From: Calditrichaceae bacterium
GTDB taxonomy: Bacteria > Calditrichota > Calditrichia > Calditrichales > JBFXGD01
Direction of reading: 5' to 3'
DNA length: 64,000 nt
Assembly (NCBI GenBank): GCA_050173015.1
Contig: JBFXLE010000002.1
Span: 96,001 to 160,000, forward strand
The notes under the pieces were generated by a model that was not told the DNA's origin, searched no databases, and worked only from the letters and a program-made list of their open reading frames with translations. The translations under genes and the position numbers were made by a program. The first letter of the stretch is position 1, and every line of letters begins with the position of its first letter. This document shows, piece after piece, positions 62,180 through 64,000 of this stretch.

Positions 62180-63581
62180 GAAGCAAAGAACGATTAAAAA
62201 AGAAGTTTCGTTTGAGGGCCGCGGCCTGCATACAGGCAATCTGGCAAAAATAACTTTTAAACCGGCTCCGGAAAATTACGGTCGAAGATTCGTAAGAGTG
62301 GATGTCGATAATTCACCGGAAATCCCGGCCGTACTTGATTATGTAGTACAAAATACCAGTATCGACAGCCTTAGGGGAACAACGCTGGAAATGGACGGAG
62401 TGCAGGTTCATACGGTTGAACATGTTCTCGCGGCTTTGGTAGGTCTGGAAATTGACAATATCAGGATAGAATTAAATGTAAATGAACCGCCGATCGGAGA
62501 TGGTTCCGCCATGCCCTTCGTCAACAAATTGATGGAGGCGGGAATTGAAGAGCAGGATTCTCCAAAAGAATATCTTGTGATTGACGAACCGATTTCCTAC
62601 TCCGATGAACGCAGAGGAATTGAGTTTGCCGCATTGCCAACTGATGATTACCGTGTTACAGTAATGATTGACTATAAAAATCCGGCTTTGGGAAGTCAGC
62701 ACAGCGGATTGTTTTCGCTGGAAAAGGAATTCGTCTCTGAATTTGCTCCCGCGCGTACATTTTGCTTCCTTCACGAGGTGGAGATGCTTGTAGAACAGGG
62801 GCTCATACGAGGCGGTGATCTCGAATCAGCGGTGGTAATTGTTGATCGTCAGTTGGAAGGTGACGATATAAAACGAATAAAAAAAATGTTTGATATCAGT
62901 GAAAATGTGACTCTTGGTAACAATGGCATCTTAAATAACAAGGAATTACGGTTTAAAAATGAACCATGCCGTCACAAATTAATTGATCTGATGGGTGATC
63001 TGGCTTTGGTTGGAGTTAATATCAAAGCACAGCTCCTGGCGGCAAGGCCCGGTCATCAGAGCAATATTGAATTTGCCCGCATTTTGCGTAACTACTATAA
63101 AAAACAACAATTAACCCGTAAATATCAGGATGTCAGTAAAAAAGGTGTTGTGTTTGACATAAACGCGATTAAGAAGATACTGCCGCATCGATATCCTTTT
63201 CTGCTGGTTGATTCGATTATTGAATTTGAGCCTGAAAAAAGGGCGGTTGGCATAAAAAATGTGACAGCCAATGAACCTTTCTTTCAGGGACATTTTCCGC
63301 AAAAACCCATCATGCCCGGTGTATTGATCGTTGAGGCAATGGCCCAGGTCGGTGGCGTTTTGCTGCTAAATGAACGTGAAGATGTCGAACAAAAGCTTGT
63401 CTATTTTATGGGAATCGATAATGTTCGTTTCAGGAGACCGGTTCAGCCCGGTGATCAGCTGGTAATGGAGTTGGAGATGCTGAAAAACAGAAAAACGACA
63501 TTCAAAATGATGGGCAAAACCTTTATTAAGGGCGAGTTGGTTTGTGAAGCTGAGATGATGGCGGCAGTGGTTGATCGTTGA
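62172..63581 (+). CDS. lpxC/fabZ: Bifunctional LpxC/FabZ
   Basis: Lpx[29 protein letters not shown]; Fab[31 protein letters not shown]. Confidence 0.96.
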   Translation: MIKKQRTIKKEVSFEGRGLHTGNLAKITFKPAPENYGRRFVRVDVDNSPEIPAVLDYVVQNTSIDSLRGTTLEMDGVQVHTVEHVLAALVGLEIDNIRIELNVNEPPIGDGSAMPFVNKLMEAGIEEQDSPKEYLVIDEPISYSDERRGIEFAALPTDDYRVTVMIDYKNPALGSQHSGLFSLEKEFVSEFAPARTFCFLHEVEMLVEQGLIRGGDLESAVVIVDRQLEGDDIKRIKKMFDISENVTLGNNGILNNKELRFKNEPCRHKLIDLMGDLALVGVNIKAQLLAARPGHQSNIEFARILRNYYKKQQLTRKYQDVSKKGVVFDINAIKKILPHRYPFLLVDSIIEFEPEKRAVGIKNVTANEPFFQGHFPQKPIMPGVLIVEAMAQVGGVLLLNEREDVEQKLVYFMGIDNVRFRRPVQPGDQLVMELEMLKNRKTTFKMMGKTFIKGELVCEAEMMAAVVDR

Positions 63582-63595
63582 GGAGAGAAAATTTA

Positions 63596-64000
63596 ATGAT
63601 AGAAATTCACCCTACAGCAATTGTTGATCCGGGAGCTGAACTCGGTGAGGAAATAGTCATAGGCCCATACAGTATTGTTGAAAAAGGCGTGACCATCGGG
63701 AATGGTACCACAATCGCTTCTCATGTCCGGATTGCAGAAGGAACCACCATTGGGAAAAGCTGCAAAATAAGTCAGGGCGCGGTACTTGGGACAGAACCAC
63801 AGGACCTGAAATTTGGAAGTGAAAAAACTTATCTGGTCATCGGCAATAATACAACTATCCGGGAATATGCCACGTTGAACCGCGCGACAACGCACAGCTA
63901 TTACACCAGGATTGGGGATAATTGTCTTATTATGTCTTACGCGCATGTCGCTCATGATTGCCAGGTTGGGAATCATGTAATACTTGCCAACTCCGTTAAC
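63596..64000 (+). CDS. lpxA: Acyl-ACP--UDP-N-acetylglucosamine O-acyltransferase, 3'-truncated by the window edge (absent from the ORF track)
   Basis: Translated by hand: MIEIHPTAIVDPGAELGEEIVIGPYSIV...PQDLKF...IREYATLNRAT...HVAHDC; AGGAG RBS. Confidence 0.95.
   Translation, partial: MIEIHPTAIVDPGAELGEEIVIGPYSIVEKGVTIGNGTTIASHVRIAEGTTIGKSCKISQGAVLGTEPQDLKFGSEKTYLVIGNNTTIREYATLNRATTHSYYTRIGDNCLIMSYAHVAHDCQVGNHVILANSVN

Noticed and set aside
63593-63976. 127 aa minus-strand ORF in the track
   Set aside because: It is the antisense shadow of lpxA, which runs off the window on the + strand

Overview
Gene-dense, AT-rich bacterial chromosomal segment with about 53 CDS, all but two on the + strand. 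I saw no rRNA, tRNA, CRISPR array, transposase or prophage. The lpxC-fabZ fusion, the tamB-like/bamA/skp/lpxD/lpxC-fabZ/lpxA cluster, the two-subunit 2-oxoacid:ferredoxin oxidoreductase and selA/selB point to a diderm, probably anaerobic FCB-group-related organism (Calditrichota-like; inference only). Most genes are housekeeping. Two loci stand out. (1) Between selA and selB lies a flotillin / aspartate aminotransferase-fusion / PEP carboxykinase / ndk block. The aminotransferase carries a ~360 aa C-terminal domain that aligns motif by motif with the neighbouring PEPCK but has lost its catalytic residues and gained a five-Cys insert, so it is a candidate AspAT:pseudo-PEPCK:PEPCK channelling or regulatory complex. 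(2) A small operon encodes a tail-anchored micro-protein and two tandem cyclic-nucleotide-binding + DUF4388-like proteins, near a CRP, a histidine kinase and two paralogous REC-HD-GYP phosphodiesterases. A recurring TTGnnn-17bp-TAAATT promoter motif was also found at several operon heads. All calls come from motif recognition by eye; no database searches were run.
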